The position numbers were made by a program, and so were the translations under genes. The notes beneath the pieces are model-generated. The model saw nothing but the letters and a program-made list of their open reading frames with translations, did no database searches and was not told the DNA's origin. A DNA stretch of 64,000 bases from a virus: the IMG/VR virus record IMGVR_UViG_3300029240_000001. One strand, 5' to 3'. Within the stretch, counting starts at the first letter, position 1. Every line of letters starts with the position of its first letter. Of the stretch, positions 9,798 through 19,499 are shown piece by piece.

Positions 9798-10019
9798 ATG
9801 AAAAATATAACTTTCGAAGAAATGTTAAATATGGAAGTGCAAGACTTGTTACATGGTTATCCGTCAGGCGGTTATACATATTATTATAAAGATGGTGATG
9901 GCGGGTATCATGAAATTGTTGAATTGGATCTGTTGCGTGGTAGATTTGTGACGGATGACGGTGACTTCTCAGAGTTTGAATGGGAACTTAAAGAGAGTCA
10001 TATTTACATAGATGAATGA
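9798..10019 (+). CDS. Hypothetical protein
   Basis: In-frame ATG of track ORF 9786-10019. Confidence 0.4.
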   Translation: MKNITFEEMLNMEVQDLLHGYPSGGYTYYYKDGDGGYHEIVELDLLRGRFVTDDGDFSEFEWELKESHIYIDE

Positions 10020-10054
10020 TAAAAATTACATTTTAATATAAGGAGTTAAGGTAT

Positions 10055-10357
10055 ATGAATAAGAGTGCATGGTGGGCATGGGCAATCAGAAATAGCGTAT
10101 GTGTAATTTGCTGGACTACTCTTGCGATTGTTTTTAACAAGTGGTGGATATGTCTTTTCTCCATGCTATTTCTTTGTTCTCTCCAGACTAACACTGTAAA
10201 GGAATATTGTAGAATTTGCGACAAATGCGGCAAGCATAGTGAATATGCAGATAACTACGATGCAGCATTAGACAAGGCGAAGAAAGCAGGATGGGTTCAT
10301 TATGTAGATGGCAATAAAGATTATTGCCCAGAATGTAAGGACGAATTAGACGAATAA
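10055..10357 (+). CDS. Membrane protein with C-terminal zinc-ribbon
   Basis: AAGGAG RBS. Two hydrophobic segments, then CRICDKCGK...YCPECK. Confidence 0.5.
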   Translation: MNKSAWWAWAIRNSVCVICWTTLAIVFNKWWICLFSMLFLCSLQTNTVKEYCRICDKCGKHSEYADNYDAALDKAKKAGWVHYVDGNKDYCPECKDELDE

Positions 10358-10367
10358 GGAGTAACTT

Positions 10368-10556
10368 ATGGATCTTGAAAATTATTTTGTAAAAGCGGTT
10401 GAAGAATGTAATATGACCAAGCCTTTAGAAATTCTCAATTGGTATCGTAATCTTTATTATAAAGAAGAAGCGCATACCGAGCATAGAATCATGGCAGATG
10501 CAATCTATGATTTGTTTATGGAATATAAGGACGTATTGTGCGGCGATGAGGAGTAA
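10368..10556 (+). CDS. Hypothetical protein
   Basis: 62-aa ORF after AAGGAG. Confidence 0.4.
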   Translation: MDLENYFVKAVEECNMTKPLEILNWYRNLYYKEEAHTEHRIMADAIYDLFMEYKDVLCGDEE

Positions 10557-10560
10557 AGCT

Positions 10561-10728
10561 ATGACAGACAATAAAGAATTTGCAACATGTAGTTGCTGTG
10601 GGAAAACCGTTAAAAAAGGGGATATGTATTTCGAGGCAGGGTTTTTTGACAGATATGAAATTGTAAATGGCGAATATGTATATAAAGGATACGCGGTTTG
10701 TGAAGATTGCCATAATAACGGCAAGTAA
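10561..10728 (+). CDS. Small zinc-ribbon protein
   Basis: ATG 7 nt after GAGGAG; MTDNKEFATCSCCGK...AVCEDCH. The internal start of track ORF 10498-10728 is preferred. Confidence 0.45.
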   Translation: MTDNKEFATCSCCGKTVKKGDMYFEAGFFDRYEIVNGEYVYKGYAVCEDCHNNGK

Positions 10729-10755
10729 AAATAGAATTTATGGAGAAAAAATTGT

Positions 10756-11100
10756 ATGGATTATGAATTTCATGTAGGAGATTATGTTGAAACAAAGGAT
10801 GGCACCATTGGTTATATCAGCTCTGTACGTGCCACTGGTGATGTATTGTGGATGTGTACTAGCGATGGCCATGGTTATCATGCAGGTCAAGAATATGGGA
10901 TTATGCATAATGGTGGTTTTCCTTATCGCTATAACCGTATTGGCCAGTATACTTTTACATACCAAGATAAAAAGCTTAAAAAGTTGACAAGTTATGGTTG
11001 GAATATGGGCGTATCTGGCGACGATCTTATTTCAAAAATCAACGAGCTTGTAGATACTGTAAATGAATTGAGGGAGAAAAATGGCAAGCAAGAAAAATAA
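10756..11100 (+). CDS. Hypothetical protein
   Basis: 114-aa ORF with an RBS (GGAGAAAAAA). Confidence 0.45.
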   Translation: MDYEFHVGDYVETKDGTIGYISSVRATGDVLWMCTSDGHGYHAGQEYGIMHNGGFPYRYNRIGQYTFTYQDKKLKKLTSYGWNMGVSGDDLISKINELVDTVNELREKNGKQEK

Positions 11101-11216
11101 GTTTAATAGATATGCACTTATATACTGTCGAATACGCTCCAAGCATCCAAATTGGAGCCATGGACAGATTAAATATTGTACTATATATGCTTGGAGGAGA
11201 ATTGGGAGACGGCAAA

Positions 11217-13139
11217 ATGATAAATAAAATTGAAAGAATCAAAGAGCTAACATCTTTGCTTAATAAAGCAGCAGATGCTTATTATAACACCGGCACTACA
11301 ATTATGGAAGATCGTAAATATGATTCTCTCCTAGAAGAACTTCGCTCACTGGAGCAAGAGACTGGATTTGTTATGATGGCATCACCTACTCATAAAGTTG
11401 GGTATGAAGTAAAATCGGAGCTACGGAAGGTTACTCATAATCACCCCATGCTATCTTTGGCGAAGACTAAAAACTGGAATGAGTTTATCGAATATTTTGG
11501 AAGCAAAGATGTTATTGGTATGGAAAAGATGGATGGTCTTACTTGCTCACTTCGCTACATCAATGGCGAACTAGTATCGGCAGAAACTCGTGGCAATGGT
11601 GAGGTTGGAGAGGACATTCTTCATAATATTAAAACTGTAAAGACAGTTCCGCAGAAGATTCCATATAAGGATGAACTCATTATTGATGGCGAAATTATTT
11701 GCACATATCAGGATTTTGAGCCATTTTCTACAGAATACAAGAATCCCAGAAACTTTGCATCTGGCAGCATCAGATTACTCGATTCAAATGAGTGTGCAAA
11801 AAGACCACTAACTTTTGTGGTTTGGAATATAGTTAAAGGCTTTGATGATGAGAATAGTTTCTTACGTAAGCTAGTACTTGCTGACGGATTAGGTTTTACT
11901 GTTGTTCCGTGGACTAGTTCTTTTGATTGGGATGCGAAGGAATTTTTGGTCAATAAGGCTAAGAAGCTTGGATACCCAATTGATGGTTTGGTTGGACGCT
12001 TTGGTGATATTAAGTATGGGGAGAGCCTTGGAGCAACATCACATCATAGTAATGCAGCTTACGCATTTAAATTCGGTGATGAAACTTATGAAACGGTACT
12101 AAGAGATGTTGAGTGGAATACGACAAGAACCGGAATTATTGCTCCAGTAGCCGTTTTCGATGAGGTTGACCTAGACGGAGCCTTGACTACAAGAGCTACA
12201 CTTCACAACCTTTCCATTATTGAGCAACTTGAGCTTGGTATTGGAGATACTATTACGGTGTACCGTAGCAATATGGTGATTCCTAAAGTTTATGACAATC
12301 TAATTCGTAGCAATACACTAACAATTCCAAATACGTGTCCTTGTTGTGGAGAGCCTACTGAAATTAAATATACTGATAATAGTAAAGTTCTCATGTGTAC
12401 TAATCTAAATTGTGCAGCAAAGAAGTTGGCACAGTTTACGCATTTTGTAAGTCGTAAAGCAATGAGCATTGATGGTCTATCAGAGAAGACACTTGAGCTG
12501 CTAATTTCCCATGGATTTTTGCATAATTATAAGGACATTTATCGTTTGAAAGAACATAAGAATGAAATTACACAACTGCCGGGGATGGGGGTAAAATCTG
12601 TAGATAAACTGCTAGATTCTATTGAAAAATCAAGGACAGTAACGCTTGATAGATTTATTACTGCGCTTGGTATTCCTAATATTGGCTCTTCTGCGGCAAA
12701 AGCTATTAGTAAGCAATTTAATGGAGACCATTATGATTTTGTACAAGCATTAGCTAATGGATATGATTTTTCGCAAATTGATGATTTCGGAGAAATTACA
12801 AATAAGTCAATTCATGATTGGTGGAATAGCAAAGATCCAATGGTTGAATTGCTTCCTGTTGAGATGAACTTTGTCGTTGAAAATGATGTTAGTTCTAGTT
12901 CCAGTCTTAATGGTAAAAGTTTCTGCATTACAGGAAGTCTTACACATTATGCCAATAGGGATGTACTTGTTAAAGCCATTGAAGACAATGGCGGCAAATA
13001 TGTATCTGGAGTGAGCAAGAAGACTGACTATCTTATTAATAATGATACCACAAGCACAAGCGGCAAGAATAAGAAGGCTATTGAATTAAATATTCCAATT
13101 ATTAGCGAGGACGATTTTCTTAAAATGCTATCAGAATAA
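11217..13139 (+). CDS. ligA: NAD-dependent DNA ligase
   Basis: Adenylation motif EKMDGL, LigA-type N-terminus (ADAYYN), CxxC...C zinc finger (CPCCGEP...CTNLNC), HhH region, and C-terminal BRCT (GKSFCITGSL...KKTDYLI). Confidence 0.9.
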   Translation: MINKIERIKELTSLLNKAADAYYNTGTTIMEDRKYDSLLEELRSLEQETGFVMMASPTHKVGYEVKSELRKVTHNHPMLSLAKTKNWNEFIEYFGSKDVIGMEKMDGLTCSLRYINGELVSAETRGNGEVGEDILHNIKTVKTVPQKIPYKDELIIDGEIICTYQDFEPFSTEYKNPRNFASGSIRLLDSNECAKRPLTFVVWNIVKGFDDENSFLRKLVLADGLGFTVVPWTSSFDWDAKEFLVNKAKKLGYPIDGLVGRFGDIKYGESLGATSHHSNAAYAFKFGDETYETVLRDVEWNTTRTGIIAPVAVFDEVDLDGALTTRATLHNLSIIEQLELGIGDTITVYRSNMVIPKVYDNLIRSNTLTIPNTCPCCGEPTEIKYTDNSKVLMCTNLNCAAKKLAQFTHFVSRKAMSIDGLSEKTLELLISHGFLHNYKDIYRLKEHKNEITQLPGMGVKSVDKLLDSIEKSRTVTLDRFITALGIPNIGSSAAKAISKQFNGDHYDFVQALANGYDFSQIDDFGEITNKSIHDWWNSKDPMVELLPVEMNFVVENDVSSSSSLNGKSFCITGSLTHYANRDVLVKAIEDNGGKYVSGVSKKTDYLINNDTTSTSGKNKKAIELNIPIISEDDFLKMLSE

Positions 13140-13145
13140 AATTTA

Positions 13146-13171
13146 GGGGAGAACTTATCTCCCCATTTTTT
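13146..13171 (+). terminator. Rho-independent terminator
   Basis: GGGGAGA / TCTCCCC stem with a 5-nt loop, followed by ATTTTTT. Confidence 0.75.
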
Positions 13172-13185
13172 ATGCATTTAACTAC

Positions 13186-13213
13186 TTGACAAATCAAAAT
13201 TTTGTGATATTAT
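13186..13213 (+). promoter_or_regulatory. SigmaA-type promoter with extended -10
   Basis: TTGACA at 13186-13191, 16-nt spacer ending in TGA, TATTAT at 13208-13213. The spacer holds a degenerate motif copy (CAAATCAAAATTTTG). Confidence 0.65.
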
Positions 13214-13226
13214 ATGTATAGTTGAA

Positions 13227-13240
13227 CAATACAAAATTAT
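13227..13240 (+). promoter_or_regulatory. Recurrent motif copy CAATACAAAATTAT
   Basis: Exact 14-mer located 14 nt upstream of the ATG at 13254 and just before AAGGAG. Confidence 0.5.
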
Positions 13241-13253
13241 AGTTAAGGAGTTG

Positions 13254-13430
13254 ATGCATGATATGATTGAATATAATAATTGCTGTGTCGCATGTGGTGA
13301 AATTATTCCTGAAGGAAGACAGGTTTGCCCATTGTGCGAGAGGAAATATGAACTTAAAGATAATACGACTGATAATATTCAGAAAAAACAAAACACATTT
13401 GTAAATTACATTAAAAAATATTTTATTTAA
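13254..13430 (+). CDS. Small zinc-ribbon protein, 58 aa
   Basis: AAGGAG RBS; MHDMIEYNNCCVACGEIIPEGRQVCPLCERKY... Below the track cut-off. Confidence 0.5.
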   Translation: MHDMIEYNNCCVACGEIIPEGRQVCPLCERKYELKDNTTDNIQKKQNTFVNYIKKYFI

Positions 13431-13446
13431 GAAAGGATTTTACATT

Positions 13447-13689
13447 ATGGAGAAGAACAACATGAACAATCAGAACGCGACGCTAATGGTTACTAGTCTA
13501 GAGGATAATGGCGACTATATCCTCTCGTATATTCCGCTGTCTATTGACATGGATCTGCTTCAGCATATTCTAGCTGAGGGCAAGAGCACTAATAGCGAAG
13601 TCGTGCAGTACGTGCTAGATTGTGACGAAAAGACTTATTGGAAGGATATGTGGGAGAGTTTCAAGGAGGAGCCAGAGAATGACGCATAA
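13447..13689 (+). CDS. Hypothetical acidic protein
   Basis: 80-aa ORF after GAAAGGA. Confidence 0.45.
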   Translation: MEKNNMNNQNATLMVTSLEDNGDYILSYIPLSIDMDLLQHILAEGKSTNSEVVQYVLDCDEKTYWKDMWESFKEEPENDA

Positions 13690-13924
13690 GCTTTATTTTT
13701 ATAATAGTTATCACGAGGCACGAGAGCTTGCTACATTTGAGGATGGCCTAACTGACGAAGAAGTGCGTAAGGCTGCGTATAAAGAAATTACAAAGTTTTG
13801 CAATGAACGTTACTTCGCAATTTATTATACGAGAATGTGGAATGCCGCAGGAGATACTATTATTGACGTAGGAAGCCATACCGAATTCTTTCACATTTCT
13901 CCTGCAGTGAGTATTGCCGAGTAA
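13679..13924 (+). CDS. Hypothetical protein
   Basis: In-frame ATG (MTHKLYFYNSYHEAREL...) of track ORF 13622-13924, overlapping the upstream stop. Confidence 0.45.
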   Translation: MTHKLYFYNSYHEARELATFEDGLTDEEVRKAAYKEITKFCNERYFAIYYTRMWNAAGDTIIDVGSHTEFFHISPAVSIAE

Positions 13925-13928
13925 TATA

Positions 13929-13942
13929 CAATACAAAATTAT
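13929..13942 (+). promoter_or_regulatory. Recurrent motif copy CAATACAAAATTAT
   Basis: Exact 14-mer immediately upstream of TAGGAGG and the ATG at 13959. Confidence 0.5.
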
Positions 13943-13958
13943 ATAGGAGGTTGGTTGA

Positions 13959-14144
13959 ATGAGTAAAAAGTGTACGTGCGCTTATTGTAAGTGAAAGCTG
14001 AATAAAGAAGATGCGTTCGTAAAGCATGCTGGTAAACATAATACATATTATTGCTCGGAAGAGCACTATAAATATGCAGTAGATCGCAAGAAGAAAAGAG
14101 AGGAATTTAAGAAAAGACAGGCTATGAAAAGTGGTGAGGTTTAA
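13959..14144 (+). pseudogene. Small Cys/His-rich gene interrupted by an in-frame TGA at codon 12 (pseudogene or recoded/readthrough gene)
   Basis: Strong RBS (AGGAGG). Translates MSKKCTCAYCK-TGA(13992-13994)-KLNKEDAFVKHAGKHNTYYCSEEHYKY...GEV. The frame stays open to TAA at 14142-14144, which abuts the helicase start. Confidence 0.45.
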
Positions 14145-15287
14145 TTGGAGCTAACAGATGGACAGAAGAAAGGACTAGAGGTAGCTTGCCAGCGGTATAA
14201 AGAACATAAGCCATATACTGTTATTGCTGGATATGCTGGAACAGGAAAAACTACTTTAGTTCATTTTATTATTCAAGAACTAGGATTGCATGAAAACCAA
14301 GTTGTTTTTGTGGCATACACTGGTAAAGCCGCTCTTGTGCTTAAACAAAAGGGGAACAAGAATGCAATGACTGCACATAAGTTGCTTTATCATTCTGAAG
14401 AGTTACCAGATGGCACATATAGACACACTCCTAGAGTAAAATTAGAGAAGAAATATAGTCTTGTTGTTGTTGATGAAGCAAGTATGTTGCCACAAGAAAT
14501 GATTGATTTGCTATTGTCTCATCATGTACACACTATATTCCTTGGGGATCCAATGCAATTGCCACCAATTGATAGTGAACAAACTATTTTAGATCATCCA
14601 CACGTATTCCTTGATGAGATTGTGCGGCAAGCACTTGAAAATCCTATCATTAAACTGTCAATGGATATTCGAAATGGCAAGAGACTTGCATATAGCACTG
14701 ATGATAAAAGATGTAGGATTATTCATAGAGAAAAAGCATCAGACAAATTGTTGCTTGGTGCAGACCAGATTCTATGTGGCAAGAATAAAACTCGTCATGA
14801 ATTAAATGAATATATGCGCAGATTAATTCTTGGAAATAATTATGGCAACGAGCCAGTTAATGGTGACAAGGTTATTTGTCTCAAGAATCATTGGAATACT
14901 GTAAATAGCATTGGTAATGAGCTTGTTAATGGGACAATTGGAGAATTGTATAATATTTCTATAAAAGAGGTTCCTCCTTATGGTCAAGTCATTTATGCTA
15001 ATTTTATTTCAGATGATGGTGGAATCTATAGAAATTTAATGATTGATTATAATTTAATAGTCAATGGGCAACCAACAATTAATTCAGAAAATTGGAAAAA
15101 GTTTTCTGGATATCCAAAACCATTTGAATTTGCTTTTGGGTATGTAATTACTTGTCACAAAGCAGAAGGATCACAATATGATAAAGTTGTGGTGTTTGAT
15201 GAGGCGTTTGGGGACAACGATATGAAAAGACGATGGAGATATACGGCATACACAAGATCAGCAAAACAACTCGTTGTTATTATGTGA
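14145..15287 (+). CDS. SF1 RecD/Dda-like ATP-dependent DNA helicase
   Basis: Walker A (AGYAGTGKTT), Walker B (VVVDEASML), and C-terminal ITCHKAEGSQYDKVVV motif typical of RecD/PIF1-type helicases. TTG start. Confidence 0.8.
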   Translation: MELTDGQKKGLEVACQRYKEHKPYTVIAGYAGTGKTTLVHFIIQELGLHENQVVFVAYTGKAALVLKQKGNKNAMTAHKLLYHSEELPDGTYRHTPRVKLEKKYSLVVVDEASMLPQEMIDLLLSHHVHTIFLGDPMQLPPIDSEQTILDHPHVFLDEIVRQALENPIIKLSMDIRNGKRLAYSTDDKRCRIIHREKASDKLLLGADQILCGKNKTRHELNEYMRRLILGNNYGNEPVNGDKVICLKNHWNTVNSIGNELVNGTIGELYNISIKEVPPYGQVIYANFISDDGGIYRNLMIDYNLIVNGQPTINSENWKKFSGYPKPFEFAFGYVITCHKAEGSQYDKVVVFDEAFGDNDMKRRWRYTAYTRSAKQLVVIM

Positions 15288-15312
15288 TATTTGACGATTG
15301 AGGAGTAAATGA

Positions 15313-16083
15313 ATGGCAAATTTTATAGATATGACTGGATGGAAAATGTGGGAACATGGAGTGCCAGATAGTAGATTGACAGTAATTGAAAGGACAAATG
15401 ATTATATAAGTCCTCAAGGAAGGCATCGCATAATGTGGAAGTGTGAATGCAACTGTCAAGAACATGGAGTAGTAATTACTTCTACAGATCAAATAAAGTC
15501 TGGACGCACGAAATCATGTGGATGCCTGCAAAGAGAATCTTTAAAATATGTACACGAAAATAATAAAAAGCGATGTAAGTATGATGTTACTTCTTTTAAC
15601 TATGGTGTTGGATGGACTATAAATACTAATCGTGAATTTTATTTTGATTTAGAAGATTATGACAAAATAAAAGATTATTGCTGGAGAGAAGAAATAGATC
15701 ATACTAACTATCATTTTTTAGGGACAAATATTAATCATAAACATACCATCATGTCGTGGTTAATTGTAGGAAAGTTTTATGATCATATAGACAGAAATCC
15801 TTTTAACAATAAAAAAGATAATTTACGGAAATCTAACTCATCTGAAAATGCAAGAAATAGAACCGTCCCTAGTAATAATACATCTGGAATTATAGGTGTA
15901 CATTGGAGCAAATATTACAATGCTTGGGTTGCACAAATTGGCTTTGAAGGAAGAAGAATATGGCTTGGAAAATTTACAGAGAAAGAAGAAGCTATTCGGA
16001 CACGTCTAAAAGCAGAATTAAAATATTTTGGAAACGAATTTGCACCGCAACGTCATTTGTTTAAAAAATATGGTATTGAATAA
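15313..16083 (+). mobile_element. Free-standing HNH homing endonuclease with AP2 DNA-binding domain and N-terminal CxCxC...SCGC zinc module
   Basis: HNH: DHIDRNPFNNKKDNL. AP2: SGIIGVHWSKYYNAWVAQIGFEGRRIWLGKF. N-terminus: WKCECNC...GRTKSCGC. Inserted between the helicase and polymerase genes. Confidence 0.8.
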
Positions 16084-16084
16084 A

Positions 16085-16098
16085 CAATACAAAATTGT
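16085..16098 (+). promoter_or_regulatory. Recurrent motif copy (CAATACAAAATTGT)
   Basis: 13 of 14 positions match. Lies between the HNH stop and the dnaE RBS. Confidence 0.45.
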
Positions 16099-16118
16099 TA
16101 TGAAAGGAGGAGGATGTA

Positions 16119-19100
16119 ATGTTTATTAATTTACATGTCCACAGTGCGATTGGTTCTCTTCTGGATTCAATTCTTACAGTAGAACAAGCTGTAAAATATG
16201 CAGCAGATAATGGTCAAAGTCATATTGCTCTAACAGACCATGGGACAATGCATGGATTTGTTGAACAGGTTAAACTATGCAAGAAATATGGAGTAAAACC
16301 GATTGTTGGTTGTGAAATTTATGAAGTTGACAATTATCTTGAAAAGAATGATTCAAAAGAATATACTCAGCCAAGATATCATTTAGTTCTTCTCGCATCA
16401 AAGCAAGTAGGGCTTCAGAACCTATTTAAAATTGTTAGTGAAGCTGCAACAACAGGCATGTATAAAAAGCCACGTATATCTATTAATTGGATTAAAGAGC
16501 ACAATCTTGGCGAAGGGATTATTTGTTTAACTGCATGTCAAGTTGGCCGTCTTAGTAGATATCTTGAAAATGAAATGTATGATGAAGCAGAAGAATTTGT
16601 AAATCTTTTAAAAGACACATTTGATTATGTTGCATGTGAAATTCAATCACATAAAACTGAACAGCAATTAAAGTGCAATACATTAATTTATCAGTTTGCA
16701 AGACATATGAATATGCCATATGTTATTACTACTGATGCGCATATGTTAAGTGCAAATCAAATTGATACACATTCCATTTTTGTCTCTATTGGTGAAGGTC
16801 GAGAAACAGGAGAAACGTATGTTGGATGTCATTTGCAAAATGAGCAAGATGTTTTTCAGTATCTCGGAGATTGGATGCTTGAACGAGTAGTCCAACAAGG
16901 TATTGATGAGACAGTACATATTGCAAATATGATTGATGATGATATTGACTATGGTCTTGACCATGGGAATATTATGCCAACAATTAATGTTCCAGAAGAG
17001 TTTTCTTCTCATGAAGACTATCTTCATTATCTTGTCTTTGAAAAGTTTGATAATAAATTCGGATGGATGAACGAAGAAGATCAAAAGATAAGACGAGAAA
17101 GACTTGAAAAAGAATTACCTGTCATTAATGCGCTCGATTACACAGATTATTTTATTATGCTTCATATGATTGCAGAGGCGGCAGACGCAAGACAACTACC
17201 AAGAGGATATAGTCGCGGCTCTGGTGCAAATTGTTTATGTTTATTTATGCTTGGTGTTACTCAGATAGATTCAATACGTTGGGATTTGGATTTTTCACGT
17301 TTTGCAAATCTTGGAAGAAAAGGTAGCCTTGCAGACTTCGATTGGGATATTAGTAAACGTAGACGAAAAGAAATCATAGAGATCTCAGAGGAGCTTTTTG
17401 GAAAAGAAAATGTTGCGCCAATTGCTACTTTTAATACACTAGCTACAAAAGTGGCAATTCGTGATATTGGAAAAGTGCTTAATGAAAGACAAGATTCTCC
17501 ATACTTTGGACAAATTCCTTATAGCCTTCGTGATGAAGTCACTAAAATGATTCCTACTGTTAAGACACTAAGTGACCTAGGTGAAGAAGTAGAAAAGGAC
17601 GTATTACTTAAAGAACTTGTTGGCAAAGACGAGAAACTAAATGAAGTTTATAAAAAGTTCCCATTATGGTTTAAGTATGTAATGGAGCTAGAGGGACTTC
17701 CTAAGAGCAGAGGTCGTCACGCCGCAGGAACATTGATTACTCCACATCCTGTTATCAATTATTGTCCATTGTGCCTAGACAATGAGAAAAATCCTATGAT
17801 TCAATTAGAGATGCATGCAGCAATGGATGATCTCGGATTGGTTAAAATGGACTATCTAGGACTAGAAACACTAGATGTCATAGATGACGCATTAAAAATG
17901 GCGCATTTAACATGGGAAGATGTAGATATTAATCACCTCAACTTGGAAGAACAAAGAGTTTATGATGAAATCTATAAGAGTGGAAATACTGTAGGAGTAT
18001 TCCAATTTGAATCTGCTGAAGCAAAAAAGATGTGCATTGATGCACAAGCAGACAACATAGAAGACATTATTGCAATTAATGCAAGCAATCGTCCCGGAAC
18101 AAAAAACAGTTTTCCTGATTATTGCAAAAACAAATTATATCCAGATGAAACAGTAGTTATACATCCAGACTTAAAAACTCTATTTTCAAAGACACATTCT
18201 ATTCTTTTATATCAGGAAGACGCTCTGCATTTGCTTGCATATGCTGGATTCTCTGAGGAAGCACAAGACACTGGACGAAGAGCAATTGGAAAGAAGAAAA
18301 AAGATGTGATGGCGTCTTTGTATACTCAATTCCATGAAGGATTAATTAAAAAACAATGGACAGAACAACAGATTAAAGATATGTGGGCGTTACTTGCTAA
18401 ACAAGCAGAGTATAGCTTTAACCGTGGGCATGCGGTTGCTTATTCATTATTAGCATATCTTACATCTTGGCTAAAAACATTTTATCCAGTTGAATTTCTC
18501 ACAGCGGTTCTAACAGCGAAATCAGGCAATACGGCAAAATTAAGTGTAATCATTAATGAGTGTCATAGACTTAATATTAAAGTTCTTCCACCAAAAATTA
18601 ATGAATCAACACTTACATTTAAGGCTAAGCCTGAATCAAAAGAAATACTTTTTGGATTTGGAGCAGTAAAAGGCATTGGCGAATCAGTCATCACTAAAAT
18701 TATTGAGAATCAACCATATAGCAGCTTTAATGATTATATATCAAAAATTTCCGATAAGTCTGCTACAATTGCTTTGATAAAAGCGGGAGCCTTCCCAACT
18801 TCTAATAAAATGAAGTTAATGAAAAGATATGCGTCTTTATCATATGAGAGAAAAGAATATAAACCAGTTCAATCATATGGGACGAAAGCAAAACTTTTGA
18901 TTGAATGGGACATTAACGTAGATGATTATAAGGTTGGCAAAAAAGTAGATAAAGAGACTGTATTGCAATTGTATAATGAGAAGCGCAAAGAAAAGTTTGA
19001 TAAAGAGCAAGAGCAAAAATATAAAGCTTATATGGAAGACTTCAAACAAAAATATGCAAAAGATCCATTCCTATGGGAATATGAAAGTCTATCAATGTTT

Positions 19101-19442
19101 TTGACAGACAACCCACTACAAGAAGGAGTAGATTTAATTAATGCCAACTGGGATGATGCTCCAAATGGAGAAAAAACAGTTGTATTGTGTGTAATATCAG
19201 ATATTAAACGTAAGAAAGATAAAAACAATAATCAATTTGCATATTTAGACTTAATTACTTCTGACAGGATTATTGAAGCAACTATTTGGAGCAAACAGTT
19301 AAAAGAATATTTCGGCCTCATTGCAAAGGGCAAGTGCCTTGCGATCCTTGGAAGAAAAGAAGACGATCATTTGTTTGTTGAACGAGTAAAACCATATACA
19401 GTATGGCTAGAAAAAATTAAACGAACAAAATCAGTCTATTGA
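16119..19442 (+). CDS. dnaE: DNA polymerase III alpha subunit (DnaE-type, N-terminal PHP domain)
   Basis: 1107 aa. PHP motif (INLHVHSAIGSLLDS...LTDHGTMHG), polymerase core (GLVKMDYLGL, FQFES), and a C-terminal OB-like region. Confidence 0.9.
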   Translation: MFINLHVHSAIGSLLDSILTVEQAVKYAADNGQSHIALTDHGTMHGFVEQVKLCKKYGVKPIVGCEIYEVDNYLEKNDSKEYTQPRYHLVLLASKQVGLQNLFKIVSEAATTGMYKKPRISINWIKEHNLGEGIICLTACQVGRLSRYLENEMYDEAEEFVNLLKDTFDYVACEIQSHKTEQQLKCNTLIYQFARHMNMPYVITTDAHMLSANQIDTHSIFVSIGEGRETGETYVGCHLQNEQDVFQYLGDWMLERVVQQGIDETVHIANMIDDDIDYGLDHGNIMPTINVPEEFSSHEDYLHYLVFEKFDNKFGWMNEEDQKIRRERLEKELPVINALDYTDYFIMLHMIAEAADARQLPRGYSRGSGANCLCLFMLGVTQIDSIRWDLDFSRFANLGRKGSLADFDWDISKRRRKEIIEISEELFGKENVAPIATFNTLATKVAIRDIGKVLNERQDSPYFGQIPYSLRDEVTKMIPTVKTLSDLGEEVEKDVLLKELVGKDEKLNEVYKKFPLWFKYVMELEGLPKSRGRHAAGTLITPHPVINYCPLCLDNEKNPMIQLEMHAAMDDLGLVKMDYLGLETLDVIDDALKMAHLTWEDVDINHLNLEEQRVYDEIYKSGNTVGVFQFESAEAKKMCIDAQADNIEDIIAINASNRPGTKNSFPDYCKNKLYPDETVVIHPDLKTLFSKTHSILLYQEDALHLLAYAGFSEEAQDTGRRAIGKKKKDVMASLYTQFHEGLIKKQWTEQQIKDMWALLAKQAEYSFNRGHAVAYSLLAYLTSWLKTFYPVEFLTAVLTAKSGNTAKLSVIINECHRLNIKVLPPKINESTLTFKAKPESKEILFGFGAVKGIGESVITKIIENQPYSSFNDYISKISDKSATIALIKAGAFPTSNKMKLMKRYASLSYERKEYKPVQSYGTKAKLLIEWDINVDDYKVGKKVDKETVLQLYNEKRKEKFDKEQEQKYKAYMEDFKQKYAKDPFLWEYESLSMFLTDNPLQEGVDLINANWDDAPNGEKTVVLCVISDIKRKKDKNNNQFAYLDLITSDRIIEATIWSKQLKEYFGLIAKGKCLAILGRKEDDHLFVERVKPYTVWLEKIKRTKSVY

Positions 19443-19467
19443 CAATACTAAATTATTGTGGTATAAT
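19439..19467 (+). promoter_or_regulatory. SigmaA-type promoter (TTGACA-17-TATAAT) overlapping the dnaE stop codon
   Basis: TTGACA at 19439-19444 and TATAAT at 19462-19467. The spacer contains CAATACTAAATTATTG. Confidence 0.7.
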
Positions 19468-19499
19468 TGGCACGTAATTAAAAGAAAGGAAGTGCGCAT

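Noticed and set aside
13992-13994. Global stop-codon reassignment (TGA recoding) of the phage
   Set aside because: This is the only in-frame TGA found inside a gene. Other genes, including some terminating at TGA (e.g. 4940-5158 and dnaE), have sensible lengths and boundaries under the standard bacterial code.
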